In this document: positions 20,949-30,301 of the stretch, in pieces
How positions within the stretch are numbered: the stretch's first letter is position 1
Layout: every line of letters begins with the position of its first letter
Source of the DNA: Planctomycetota bacterium
GTDB taxonomy: Bacteria > Planctomycetota > PLA2 > JAEUHO01
Assembly: GCA_965222115.1 (NCBI GenBank)
Contig: CBDCTJ010000007.1
Span: 224,001-288,000 of the forward strand
Length of the DNA stretch: 64,000 bases
Direction of reading: 5' to 3'
Position numbers and translations under genes: made by a program
The notes under the pieces: model-generated
Database searches by the model: none
What the model was told of the DNA's origin: nothing
What the model saw: only the letters and a program-made list of their open reading frames with translations

Positions 20949-21025
20949 GGGCGAATAGCTCAGTTGGCTAGAGCACCTCGTTTACACCGAGGGGGTCGGG
21001 GGTTCGAGTCCCTCTTCGCCCACCA
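20949..21025 (+). tRNA. tRNA-Val (TAC)
   Basis: GGGCGAATAGCTCAGTTGG...; anticodon arm CCTCG-TTTACAC-CGAGG; T-loop GGTTCGAGTCC; acceptor TTCGCCC-A-CCA. Confidence 0.97.
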
Positions 21026-21072
21026 TGTTTCCATCCGCAAGCCCTCACCTTTCTCTCTTCCACCGGCACCTG

Positions 21073-21116
21073 TCTTCCTCCGACACCCTCTTCCTCCGAC
21101 ACCCTCTTCCTCCGAC
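21073..21116. repeat. 16-bp pyrimidine-rich tandem repeat (TCTTCCTCCGACACCC), about 2.75 copies
   Basis: Units at 21073, 21089 and 21105 (partial); degenerate copy at 21056. Confidence 0.85.
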
Positions 21117-21193
21117 CTACGCGCGCCGTCCTTGATTCCTTCGTTTCTCATTCATTCGTCGCTGAGCGCGACACGCATCGTCCGAGTTTCGCC

Positions 21194-22285
21194 ATGAACG
21201 ACTCATCCCCCAAGGGCGATCACGAATCCCGCCGCGTCGCACACGTGCCGGCGCACTGTGACGGTCAGCGCCTCGATCGTTTTCTGGTCGAACACTTTCC
21301 GCGCTATTCGCGCAAGACGTTGCAGCGCGTAATTCGCGCCGGCTTGATACGGGTCAACGCGCAGCGAGGGAAGCCGGGAACCGTTCTCAGGGGCGGCGAC
21401 TACTTGGAACTTCCTGTTCTTAGCGAAGCCGTCGAACAACTGAAAGCGCAGCGAGAGCAATCACGCACCAAGGGTCATGTCGCCGACGACATCGTGGAAC
21501 TCTATCGCGATGACGATCTCATCGTAATCAACAAGCCGGCCGGTGTGGCGGTGCATGGCGGTGCCAGTCACACGCCGCAGGCAACCATCATCGACCGCAT
21601 GCGTACCGACATTCTTGCGGGCTTTGGCCTTGTGCATCGCTTGGATCGCGACACGACCGGTGCCCTGGCCTTGGTGCGCGGAAAAGACGCACGAAACAAC
21701 ATGATGGCGCTGTTTGCGTCGGACAGGCTCGAAGGGGATTCATCGCCTTTGGACGGTGCGGGACGCGCCGTGACGAAGCAGTACACCGCCATTGTGAGTG
21801 GACAGTTGGATCCGCGTGACGGCGTCATTGATCTTCCGCTATCCCCACCGGTGGGTCGGCGGCGACGCACGCATGTAGACCATGAGCAGGGCAAGGCCGC
21901 GTTGACCGAGTACCAAACCGAAGAGGTCTTCACGCGTGCATCGCGGCTCACGCTGTCCCTCCGAACCGGTCGAACGCATCAATTGCGTGCCCACCTACAA
22001 GCACGGGGCGCGCCGTTGTTGGTGGATCCGCTGTATGGCGGTCGGCGCAGCTTGCATATTCGTGATCCGCGGCGCCAGCGTGACCTCTATCTCAAACGCA
22101 CGCCTCTACACGCTTCACGGCTTGTCTTCCCACACCCCACGTGCGATGAACTCGTAGACGTGGCGGCACCCATTCCCGAAGATATGCGCTACGCACTGGA
22201 ATTGCTGCGCGTCATTACGGGACGTGGTCTCAAGCGTGGCGGCCTACCGCCCGATGCGAGGCCGCCGACCGCGATGGGAACGTAA
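21194..22285 (+). CDS. RluD/RluA-family pseudouridine synthase with S4 domain
   Basis: GQRLDRFL (S4), INKPAGV, VHRLDRDTTG, TGRTHQLR, DPLYG. Confidence 0.92.
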   Translation: MNDSSPKGDHESRRVAHVPAHCDGQRLDRFLVEHFPRYSRKTLQRVIRAGLIRVNAQRGKPGTVLRGGDYLELPVLSEAVEQLKAQREQSRTKGHVADDIVELYRDDDLIVINKPAGVAVHGGASHTPQATIIDRMRTDILAGFGLVHRLDRDTTGALALVRGKDARNNMMALFASDRLEGDSSPLDGAGRAVTKQYTAIVSGQLDPRDGVIDLPLSPPVGRRRRTHVDHEQGKAALTEYQTEEVFTRASRLTLSLRTGRTHQLRAHLQARGAPLLVDPLYGGRRSLHIRDPRRQRDLYLKRTPLHASRLVFPHPTCDELVDVAAPIPEDMRYALELLRVITGRGLKRGGLPPDARPPTAMGT

Positions 22286-22338
22286 CAACGGCCAGCACGC
22301 CGAATTTCTAAACACAACGAGATGATGATTATCGCGTG

Positions 22339-22437
22339 CTATCGACGTGTCTTGATACGGCGGCGCTTTTGACGCTTGGGGCTACAGGGACGCTTGCCAT
22401 GATTGGCCTTCTTGACGAGGCGGCGATTGACGGCCAT
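22339..22437 (-). CDS. bL37-like small ribosomal protein (32 aa)
   Basis: MAVNRRLVKKANHGKRPCSPKRQKRRRIKTRR. KANHGKRP is the actinobacterial bL37 signature; GGAG RBS 7 nt upstream. Confidence 0.8.
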   Translation of the reverse strand: MAVNRRLVKKANHGKRPCSPKRQKRRRIKTRR

Positions 22438-22562
22438 GGCGAAACTCCAATGAAACGACCCAAGGGTGGGCGACAAGCGGCGCAGAGGGTACCAGCAAAT
22501 GCAGGGCAACCCACTTTCGCCCCCACGCCGGAGCAACACGGGCGGCGCTGCGTGTTGTTTGG

Positions 22563-23375
22563 CTAGCCCTCGGAAGCCGTGGGCGCCACGAGCCGGCCAC
22601 TTTGCGCGTAGAAGTCGCGGGGGTTGTTCCACACCAGTTCCTGGATGTCGGCTTCCGCCCACGCCCGGCGACGCAGCTCCAAAATCGTGCGCGGCACCAT
22701 CATTGGATCGCTCGGACCCCAATCCGCACTGCTGTTGATCATGCAGCGCTCGTGTCCGTACTGGTCCAGCAGATTGGCGGCACGCGCGGGCGAAAGTTTG
22801 GTGTGGGGATACACCGTCATGCCAGCCCAGCAGCCAAAGTCACGCACCAGATCCATCGTCTCCTCGGTGTTGTGGTCATAGAGCACGACATCAGGATCCA
22901 CCTTCATCTCGCGAAGGATGGCCAGATTGCGCTCCGTGCCGCGACGTTTCTCGCGATGGCACGAGTGAATCAACATGGGCATCTTACGCTTGAGCGCCAT
23001 TTCAATTTGCGCGACCATCATCCGTTCTTCGGCGTCGGTGATGTCGTCGAACCCGATTTCGCCCACCGCCACACATCGCGGGTGATCCAAGAAGGGTTCC
23101 ATGGCCGCCAGCGCATCCAACGCCAACCCCTCATCGTTGGCCTCTCGCGGATTTACGGAAATGGTGTGGTACTGATCGATGAGATACATCGCCGCTCGCT
23201 GATGTTCATAGCCCGCAATGCTGTGCCAGTAGTCCACAAAGGTCCCAACCGACGTCCGTGGCTGCCCCAGCCAAAACGAGGGTTCCACAACAGCTTGCAC
23301 GCCAGCAAGCGCAAGGCTCTCGTAGTCGTCGGTCGTGCGCGCATACAGATGGATATGCGGTTCGAAGATCTTCAT
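22563..23375 (-). CDS. eboB: TatD-family hydrolase, EboB type
   Basis: PHIHLYARTTDDY, EPSFWLGQPRTS, VGEIGFD, DHNTEET, YPHTK, NSSADWG. Confidence 0.85.
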   Translation of the reverse strand: MKIFEPHIHLYARTTDDYESLALAGVQAVVEPSFWLGQPRTSVGTFVDYWHSIAGYEHQRAAMYLIDQYHTISVNPREANDEGLALDALAAMEPFLDHPRCVAVGEIGFDDITDAEERMMVAQIEMALKRKMPMLIHSCHREKRRGTERNLAILREMKVDPDVVLYDHNTEETMDLVRDFGCWAGMTVYPHTKLSPARAANLLDQYGHERCMINSSADWGPSDPMMVPRTILELRRRAWAEADIQELVWNNPRDFYAQSGRLVAPTASEG

Positions 23376-23609
23376 GCGCGTGTTCTAACGCCGGGCGCCA
23401 CCGGAACCGCCAATCGATTCCGAGCTGGGCCGCGTCTCGCCTTCACAAAGTGAGACGACACCTACAACTAGCTGACAAGTGTCAGGCGAACGGAATCCAA
23501 GGGACCCGCAGTGCCGATTCGGGGTCGAAGCGGTCGATAGGAGAACACGTATATCCAGGCCGCTCGCGCCGCGAGGTGGTCAACGTGAACAATTGCTGGA
23601 GCCGCCACG

Positions 23610-26600
23610 GTGAGCCTCAAAGGCACGCTAGACACATTCAGCCTGCAGGAATTGCTGCAGATGCTGGCCTTCAATCAGAAGGTAGGCACGCTGGTCCTTG
23701 AGACCGCGTCCGGGACGGCTGCGTTGTATCTGAGCCGCGGCCGCGTGAGCTTCTTTGCGTCGGACCCGGTCGTGTCCGAATGGATGGGCCGCCTGGCCAA
23801 GCGCACGTGCCGCCAACCCCGTCGTCTCGATCAGGCCATTCGCGATCAGAAAGAATCGCGGCGCTACATGGGCAATATCCTGCTGCAAATGAGGCTTTTT
23901 ACGGAGCAGGAGGTCCGCGACCTCTACACCGACGTTGCCGCCGACCGCATTTTTCATATTCAGTCCCAAGAAATCCACAGCTTCGAATTTCGCGAGGGCA
24001 TTTCGGTTGGCCCGGACGGAAGTGCAAGTACGCCGCTTGATCCACTCATGCAAGTGGACGCGCTGTTGCTCGATCTCACGCGAAAGATGGACCACTGGGC
24101 AAGTTATCGCGAACAGATCACCAGCCTTGATGAGGTATACGAGCAGTCGGGTGAAGCATGGGAGCCGACGTCACTCGGAGACGTAGATCCCGGTCGCGCA
24201 CATGCTGTTGCCCACGCCGTAGACGGCGTGCGAACCGTTCGCCAAATCGCCGAAGCCAGCGGCGTGGATCTCTTCACGACGGTACAAGCGCTGATCGCGC
24301 TCCTGGATCAGGGCGCCATCCGTGTCGCGAGTACCGCCGGTTTGTATGACCGTGCGCAACGTGTCATGGAAGAGGGAGACGCGCGCACCGGCGCGTCACT
24401 GCTCGGTGCGCTCGCGGGACGGCAAGACGCCCCAATGGATGCCGCGCTCTTGGAGGCGGAAGCCTACGAGTCGCTGGGCGAAGACCGCCTTGCCGCGACG
24501 GCCATGGAGCGCTACGCAAACGCTGAACATCAAGACCCCGAACATCGATATCGCGCGCTGTACAAAGCGGCATCCCTGCGGGAAAACGACTTGGCATCGT
24601 GGCTTACCGTGTGCGATGCATACCTCCAGCGCCGCGATGTGCTCTACGCCGTTCGGGAGTCCGCGGCGGAAGCCGTACACATTGCTGCACGCCTTTCGCT
24701 AGAAGAGTCGCGGCCCCACGACGCCGCGACGCGCTTGCAGGCATTCGTCGATCTGGGCGACGTTCGTTCCGAAGATCGCGTACTCCTGGCCGACCTGTAT
24801 GCCGCCAGTGACGACATCTCGGCAGCGGCCAAGACGCTCTGCGCGCATGGAGACGACATCCTCGCGGCGGGACGCCCGGGAGCGGCGTTGGCGGTGTACC
24901 GCCGTGCGCTACGGCTCGACCCGCAATGCAAGTACGCAAGGAAGCGGGTGGGCACGCTCGAACCGAGCATGACCGTTCCGCGTCGTTCCACCCTCCGACG
25001 CACACTTCCCACCCTCCTTATTCCGGTGCTGCTTGCCGCAGCGGGCATTGCCGGATGGAACGCCATGAAGCAAACCGACGAGACGGTCGATCTCGTCGCC
25101 GATCGATCCAAAACGCTCGTTGCGCGAGCCGATGATCGTGGCGCTGCCTTAATTACGTCGTTTCAGAAGCACGTAGACGCGGCTGCGGTGAAAGAGGATG
25201 GCTACGACGCGTTAGTCAAAGAGGCGACCCATCTTCGTGAGCGCGTCGCAGAAGCCATGGCCACGGACGACGGCGAAATCGAGGCCATGGCCAAGTCGCT
25301 AGACAACGCGCGGCGGGGCGGAACAAGCGTTGCGGAGCAAATCCGAGAAGCGCTTCGTGAGTGCCAAGCGAGAGCCGATGCGCGCGTGACTAAGGTTCTT
25401 GGCGCGCTAAAGATCCGTTGTGAACACGCGTTGCACAAAGGAAAGAAGGCCCACGCAGAAGGCAACTTCACGGATGCGCATGGCCTGCTCCTCGAGGCTC
25501 AAAGTCTATCCGTGCACAATGAAGATGTTCATTTGCAGGCGGAGGCGCAATTTGCTGCTGTGTCGCGCTACCTCAAGAAGTTTGAGGACGTGCGCAACGC
25601 CATGGAGCATGCTGAAGTTGCTGGCGACTTGCAACAAGCGTACGCCACAGGCATCGAAGGCATCCGTGAACTCTTGGACTCCGACGTCACGCGTTCTCTT
25701 CGTTTCCCGGTTCAAGTCACCAGCACCCCACCGGACGCTGAGATTTACGTGGGCGGCGTCGATACCGGTCTGCGCACGCCCACGGTGATTCACTACAGTC
25801 CCATGAGCGAAGACACGTTCCTCAAGGTTCGCCTCCCAGGTTACACAACATTTGAAGTTGAATTGCCCACGCTGTCCCATGCAACGCGTCCAGAATCCAC
25901 CGCGCACGAATGGAAGAACGTCGTGGATTGCACGCTTGCCCCAGGACCCAGCGCTGTGGTTCATTCCCGCGTCTCCCCCACGTTGACACACGTGTGGAGC
26001 TCGGGCGAGCAGTCCTTTGTACTTGGCAGCGAAGGGCATGTGATCTTCGCCGTGGACACACAACGCAGTCGACTGGTCCAGCACACCAGCACGCCTGCCC
26101 ATGCAAGCGCCTTCGTAAACGCTGGAGCCATGAGCGACGGGTACCAATGGACGTTCTCCGATGACGAAACACTGGAAGTTCATCGCGGCGACGGCTTGAC
26201 ATGGCGCAGGCGACTCTCCACACCCATGGTGGGCGCCCCGGTGCTTCGACGTGAAATCGTCTTGGTGCTCACAGCTTCCGGCGCCGTGTTGGGCCTTGAT
26301 GCAAAGACCGGTGGGCTGGCATGGCAACACGCGCTGCCGTCGCGTCCGCGCCATGGTCTTCGTCGTACGACGGCAGGCGCCACCGTGACCACGGTGCGAG
26401 GTGAAGTTTTTCAGTTTCATGCCGGGACCGGCGTGTGTGACTCCATCGCTCCTGCACGCGATGAGCGCGCCGGCTCTGTCCGACTCGGTCGCGGCGTTTT
26501 GGTTGTGGGATCGGGGAAGGGCGGTTTGCAGTTCTTTCGCTCCGCCGGTCGGCCTACCGTACTGAAACACACGCGCCGCGTAACAGGCCACCAACTCGTG

Positions 26601-26900
26601 TCGTCAGGCAAGGTGGCGGTTTGGAAGAGCGACGCGGGGGTCGTCGCCCTTTACAAAGACACGAACGTGCCCAAAGTGGTTTCTGGACTCCCCACGCATG
26701 TCGCCGAGCTCTTGCTGGTCGATGACACGCTCTATGCCGTTGAGGAAGGCGGGCAAGCCGTCATGGCCGTCTCACTCAAGGCCCCCAATGCGCCGCTCTG
26801 GCGTTGTCCGCTTCCGCACGTGGCTACCGGGACCCTAACGGCGTCGGGCCCCCATCTCTTGGTGGTCACCGAGTCGGGTTTGGCCGTCATCGAACGCTAG
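23610..26900 (+). CDS. DUF4388 - TPR - TM - PEGA - PQQ-like beta-propeller protein
   Basis: MSLKGTLDTFSLQELLQML (DUF4388/PatA-N), TPR helices, central TM helix, VTSTPPDAEIYVGG (PEGA), LDAKTGGLAW propeller motif. Confidence 0.8.
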   Translation: MSLKGTLDTFSLQELLQMLAFNQKVGTLVLETASGTAALYLSRGRVSFFASDPVVSEWMGRLAKRTCRQPRRLDQAIRDQKESRRYMGNILLQMRLFTEQEVRDLYTDVAADRIFHIQSQEIHSFEFREGISVGPDGSASTPLDPLMQVDALLLDLTRKMDHWASYREQITSLDEVYEQSGEAWEPTSLGDVDPGRAHAVAHAVDGVRTVRQIAEASGVDLFTTVQALIALLDQGAIRVASTAGLYDRAQRVMEEGDARTGASLLGALAGRQDAPMDAALLEAEAYESLGEDRLAATAMERYANAEHQDPEHRYRALYKAASLRENDLASWLTVCDAYLQRRDVLYAVRESAAEAVHIAARLSLEESRPHDAATRLQAFVDLGDVRSEDRVLLADLYAASDDISAAAKTLCAHGDDILAAGRPGAALAVYRRALRLDPQCKYARKRVGTLEPSMTVPRRSTLRRTLPTLLIPVLLAAAGIAGWNAMKQTDETVDLVADRSKTLVARADDRGAALITSFQKHVDAAAVKEDGYDALVKEATHLRERVAEAMATDDGEIEAMAKSLDNARRGGTSVAEQIREALRECQARADARVTKVLGALKIRCEHALHKGKKAHAEGNFTDAHGLLLEAQSLSVHNEDVHLQAEAQFAAVSRYLKKFEDVRNAMEHAEVAGDLQQAYATGIEGIRELLDSDVTRSLRFPVQVTSTPPDAEIYVGGVDTGLRTPTVIHYSPMSEDTFLKVRLPGYTTFEVELPTLSHATRPESTAHEWKNVVDCTLAPGPSAVVHSRVSPTLTHVWSSGEQSFVLGSEGHVIFAVDTQRSRLVQHTSTPAHASAFVNAGAMSDGYQWTFSDDETLEVHRGDGLTWRRRLSTPMVGAPVLRREIVLVLTASGAVLGLDAKTGGLAWQHALPSRPRHGLRRTTAGATVTTVRGEVFQFHAGTGVCDSIAPARDERAGSVRLGRGVLVVGSGKGGLQFFRSAGRPTVLKHTRRVTGHQLVSSGKVAVWKSDAGVVALYKDTNVPKVVSGLPTHVAELLLVDDTLYAVEEGGQAVMAVSLKAPNAPLWRCPLPHVATGTLTASGPHLLVVTESGLAVIER

Positions 26901-27012
26901 TCCGGGCTAGTCAGCCCAAAAGCTCACGGTTTGCGACGAAACGGCCGATAGGGCACTGGCCGCGTGGGCAGCGGGCACGGATCTGCTGCCTGGAGCGGCC
27001 AGGAGATTCCCG

Positions 27013-28107
27013 GTGGGACTACTTAGCACCCTATTTGGCGGCCGCAAGGTCGAGCACTATCTGAGGCGCAGCCGCGAGCGACTTGCCATGGGTCGCCTGG
27101 AAGATGCAACCCGCGTCATTGAGGCGGGTCTGGAGCGCTTTCCGGGCGCACACTCGCTACGTGAAGTGCAGTTGGCCATTCGCCGCACGCAGGCGCGCGA
27201 TGCTATGCGTGATCTCAAGAGCCGCATTGAAGCCGATGCGGATCCGATCGCGTTCGAGCAACTCATTAAGCTGTACCGCGAAACGGAAATGCCGGCGGAG
27301 GCGCTCCGCGCGGCGTCGCAATACACAGCGGCCCACCCCGACAGCGATACACCCCATCTCTTGTTGGGCGAAATGTACCTCGGTCGATTCTTTGAAGACG
27401 TGGACGCGCGTTCGGGACTCCATGCCCATCAACACTTGCGTCGCGCACGTCAAATCAACGCCGATGCGCTAAAGCCTTTGTTGCTGTTGGCGGAGTTGTA
27501 CTACTGCGTGGACGCACCGCGCCGCCTGGCCATGGTGGCGCGCGACTTGCGGGCCATCGGAACGGGCGATGAACACGTATCGTCGGTACTGGAGACCATT
27601 GAGCCTCACAGTGACTTGGATCAGGAGCTTCGCGCCGACAGCCATTTCGAACGCATTGAAGTGGACGGTGTATTTCCTCGCGACCCCTCGACATGGCCCC
27701 TGCGTACGCATCGCAACCGCGGCGCCATCATGCAAGAAGAGCGCGCCAACCGCGCGGTACGTTCCCTGGTGTCAAAGAACGCCGTGGAAGAGGTCGCCAT
27801 TCTTCGAACCAACGGCGCCGTCATCGCCTACCGCAGCAAGCACGAGGCGGATCCCGACGACGAACAAGACCCCGCCTTGGTTGCGATTGCCCGCCATGTC
27901 AACAAAACGGTATCGCGCTATGCGCGGGAGTTTGACCTCGGCGCCTTCAAGCGTTGCACCGTATTGGGGCCGGAAGGGCATCTCATCGTGGGCCGCGTCG
28001 GCAACGTGGTGGCAGGCGCGCGCGCACGCACGTCGGTCGAAGCCGGACGCGTATGGGACCGCGTACGCATTCGACTCGAAGGCGCACTCAAGGGAGCGGA
28101 CGCATGA
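27013..28107 (+). CDS. TPR protein with C-terminal roadblock/LC7-like domain
   Basis: N-terminal TPRs; C-terminal VAILRTNGAVI...FDLGAFKRCTVLGPEGHLIVG, typical of roadblock folds. Confidence 0.7.
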   Translation: MGLLSTLFGGRKVEHYLRRSRERLAMGRLEDATRVIEAGLERFPGAHSLREVQLAIRRTQARDAMRDLKSRIEADADPIAFEQLIKLYRETEMPAEALRAASQYTAAHPDSDTPHLLLGEMYLGRFFEDVDARSGLHAHQHLRRARQINADALKPLLLLAELYYCVDAPRRLAMVARDLRAIGTGDEHVSSVLETIEPHSDLDQELRADSHFERIEVDGVFPRDPSTWPLRTHRNRGAIMQEERANRAVRSLVSKNAVEEVAILRTNGAVIAYRSKHEADPDDEQDPALVAIARHVNKTVSRYAREFDLGAFKRCTVLGPEGHLIVGRVGNVVAGARARTSVEAGRVWDRVRIRLEGALKGADA

Positions 28108-28460
28108 AGACCATCCTCAATGAGCTGACGGAGTCGATTTCTTCGCGCGGCGCCATCGTCATGCTGGAAGACGGCATGGTGGTCTGTGCGGACATTCGCG
28201 ACGGGCCCGCCGAAGATCGCTTGGCCGCCTTGGGTGCCGCGATCTTGCGAGAGCTCGGTACGAGCCTGCGAAGCGCAGGCGTCAAGGAGTTCCGCCAAAT
28301 CGAAATTGCGGCGGAACACGGCAAAGTGATTCTTGCCGAAGCAGGCGCGACGTTCTTGTTGGTGCTGTTGGGACCACAAATCGAAATTGGGCCCGCCAGC
28401 ATCGAGATTCAGAGTGCAGCCGCGAAGTTGGCCAAGCTGGCCGAGTTCGCCACCGCGTAG
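28104..28460 (+). CDS. Roadblock/LC7 domain protein
   Basis: GAIVMLEDGMVV...FRQIEIAAEHGKVIL; ATGA overlap with the previous gene, GGAG RBS. Confidence 0.85.
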   Translation: MKTILNELTESISSRGAIVMLEDGMVVCADIRDGPAEDRLAALGAAILRELGTSLRSAGVKEFRQIEIAAEHGKVILAEAGATFLLVLLGPQIEIGPASIEIQSAAAKLAKLAEFATA

Positions 28461-28583
28461 GGACTGATCGCCGAGTCCAAAATACAACAAGACATTCAGT
28501 GAACAGAGAAGCCCGGTCGAAAAGAGTAGTGACCTCGCGCACGGACAGCCGGCGCGAACTCAAACTGTTGGAGTTGCGATACG

Positions 28584-29618
28584 ATGGTTCAAATCAACTT
28601 CGCACAAAAAGAGATTCAGTGCAAAATCGTGTACTACGGCCCGGGCATGTCGGGCAAGACCACGAACCTCGAACTTGTACACGGCAAGGTGCCCGATGAT
28701 CACCGTGGCGAGTTGACGTCCATCGCAACGACGGGGGAGCGTACGCTCTACTTTGACTACATGCCATTGGATCTGGGACAGATCGCGGGTATCCGTACAA
28801 AGTTCCAGCTCTATACGGTTCCCGGTCAAATCTATTACAAGTCCACACGTCGCTTGGTGTTGCAAGGCGTGGACGGCATTGTGTTCGTCGCCGACTCAAG
28901 CGAAGCCAAGTTGCGCGAGAATTTGGAGTCGCTGCAAGACCTCGAAGAGAACTTGCGCGAGATGGGCAAGTCGATTCACGACGTGCCGATTGTGATTCAA
29001 TACAACAAGCGTGACTTGCCGGACGCCATGTCGGTGGAAGATCTACAGCGGGAAGTCAATCCGCACGGTTTCCCTCATACCGAGGCGATCGCAACGAGTG
29101 GTGAGGGCATTTTCCCAACACTCAAGACGCTTGCTGGCATGGTGCTGGAGTCGGTCAACGCGGGCGGCCTGACGCCGCCACGCCCCAAGGTCAAGGCCAA
29201 GCCCAAGGAAGAGAGTCCGGAACCGGTCGCGGTCGCAAGTGGAGCGCCTGGTACCACTGCCGCCGCAGCGACGCAATCGTCCAGTGCGGGTGGACTCAAA
29301 ATTCAACGACCCACGGGGGGAGCACCCGCCGCAACCACGACTGCGTCGGCCAACACCAAGGCGGTCGCAAAGGGCTCGCGAGCAAGCCACGCCCCGCGTG
29401 GTGTCGGCAGGCCCATGCCGTCGTCAAGCAACAACGGGAGTTCGGTGGTGCCCCAACCACCGTCGCCCGCTCAATCCACTCCGCGTCAATTGGAAGACCG
29501 CGTCATCCGTGTGGATGGCCTGCGGCGAGCACGTGGAGGCAACAACAAAGTGGCATTGATTGCGGGGCTGGCGCTACTGATCGCCGGTGTTGCCTACTTC
29601 ATTGCGACGCAGCTTTAG
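28584..29618 (+). CDS. mglA: MglA-family small GTPase with Pro/Ala linker and C-terminal TM helix
   Basis: KIVYYGPGMSGKTTNL, RTLYFD, LYTVPGQ, GVDGIVFVADS, QYNKRDLP. Confidence 0.93.
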   Translation: MVQINFAQKEIQCKIVYYGPGMSGKTTNLELVHGKVPDDHRGELTSIATTGERTLYFDYMPLDLGQIAGIRTKFQLYTVPGQIYYKSTRRLVLQGVDGIVFVADSSEAKLRENLESLQDLEENLREMGKSIHDVPIVIQYNKRDLPDAMSVEDLQREVNPHGFPHTEAIATSGEGIFPTLKTLAGMVLESVNAGGLTPPRPKVKAKPKEESPEPVAVASGAPGTTAAAATQSSSAGGLKIQRPTGGAPAATTTASANTKAVAKGSRASHAPRGVGRPMPSSSNNGSSVVPQPPSPAQSTPRQLEDRVIRVDGLRRARGGNNKVALIAGLALLIAGVAYFIATQL

Positions 29619-29644
29619 ACGAAGAGACTCGTAGAGGACTCATC

Positions 29645-30172
29645 ATGACCAGCCGAACCGACAAGAGCATTCGCGACGATGCGTTGATCTTCTATCAAGA
29701 AGACATTGACGCACTGAACGCCATTCTCGATGCATTCCTCAAGAAGAGCGCAGCCAAGTCTGCGTTGCTCGTTGACAAGGACGGGCACATGATCACGTCA
29801 CGCGGCGACACCGAGAACACGGATCTCGACACGATCTCGGCACTGGTCGCAGGATCCTTTGCCGCCACACGCGCGCTCGCTCACCAGTTTGGCGAAAAGG
29901 ACTTCACCGCGCTCTTCCATCAGGGCCGCAGCGAAAGCATGCAGCTCGCCCTGGTTGGGGATCGCGCACTCTTGACCGCGCTGTTTGACGACAACACGAC
30001 CATCGGCATGGTGCGCCTTTACGCCACGGAAGCCGCACGTCGCTTGACGCAACTCTTTGAACAGAAGCGCGAACGCGAGCGCGCAGCGGTCCCCGCAGGC
30101 GGCGATCGCGACAACGGCGCCTTCAAGGAGGGTGCAAGCGGCGCGCTCGACGAGGTGTTTGGCGACGCCTAG
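29645..30172 (+). CDS. mglB: MglB-type roadblock protein (putative GAP)
   Basis: ALLVDKDGHMI, ISALVAGSFAAT, GEKDFTALFHQG, FDDNTTIGMVRL. Confidence 0.9.
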   Translation: MTSRTDKSIRDDALIFYQEDIDALNAILDAFLKKSAAKSALLVDKDGHMITSRGDTENTDLDTISALVAGSFAATRALAHQFGEKDFTALFHQGRSESMQLALVGDRALLTALFDDNTTIGMVRLYATEAARRLTQLFEQKRERERAAVPAGGDRDNGAFKEGASGALDEVFGDA

Positions 30173-30301
30173 TCGAGACGGCACAAGACCCACCGGAGCC
30201 GCGCGCGATTCTCGTGCGCGGCTCTTCGCGTTTTTGGCCTCGAATGGCCAACCCTCTGAAAGGGGTTGCCGTCTGTCGGGGCTTGCCGGTTGAATCCCGG
30301 C

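Noticed and set aside
20949-21200. Integrative element at tRNA-Val
   Set aside because: No integrase and no duplicated tRNA 3' end seen in the window.
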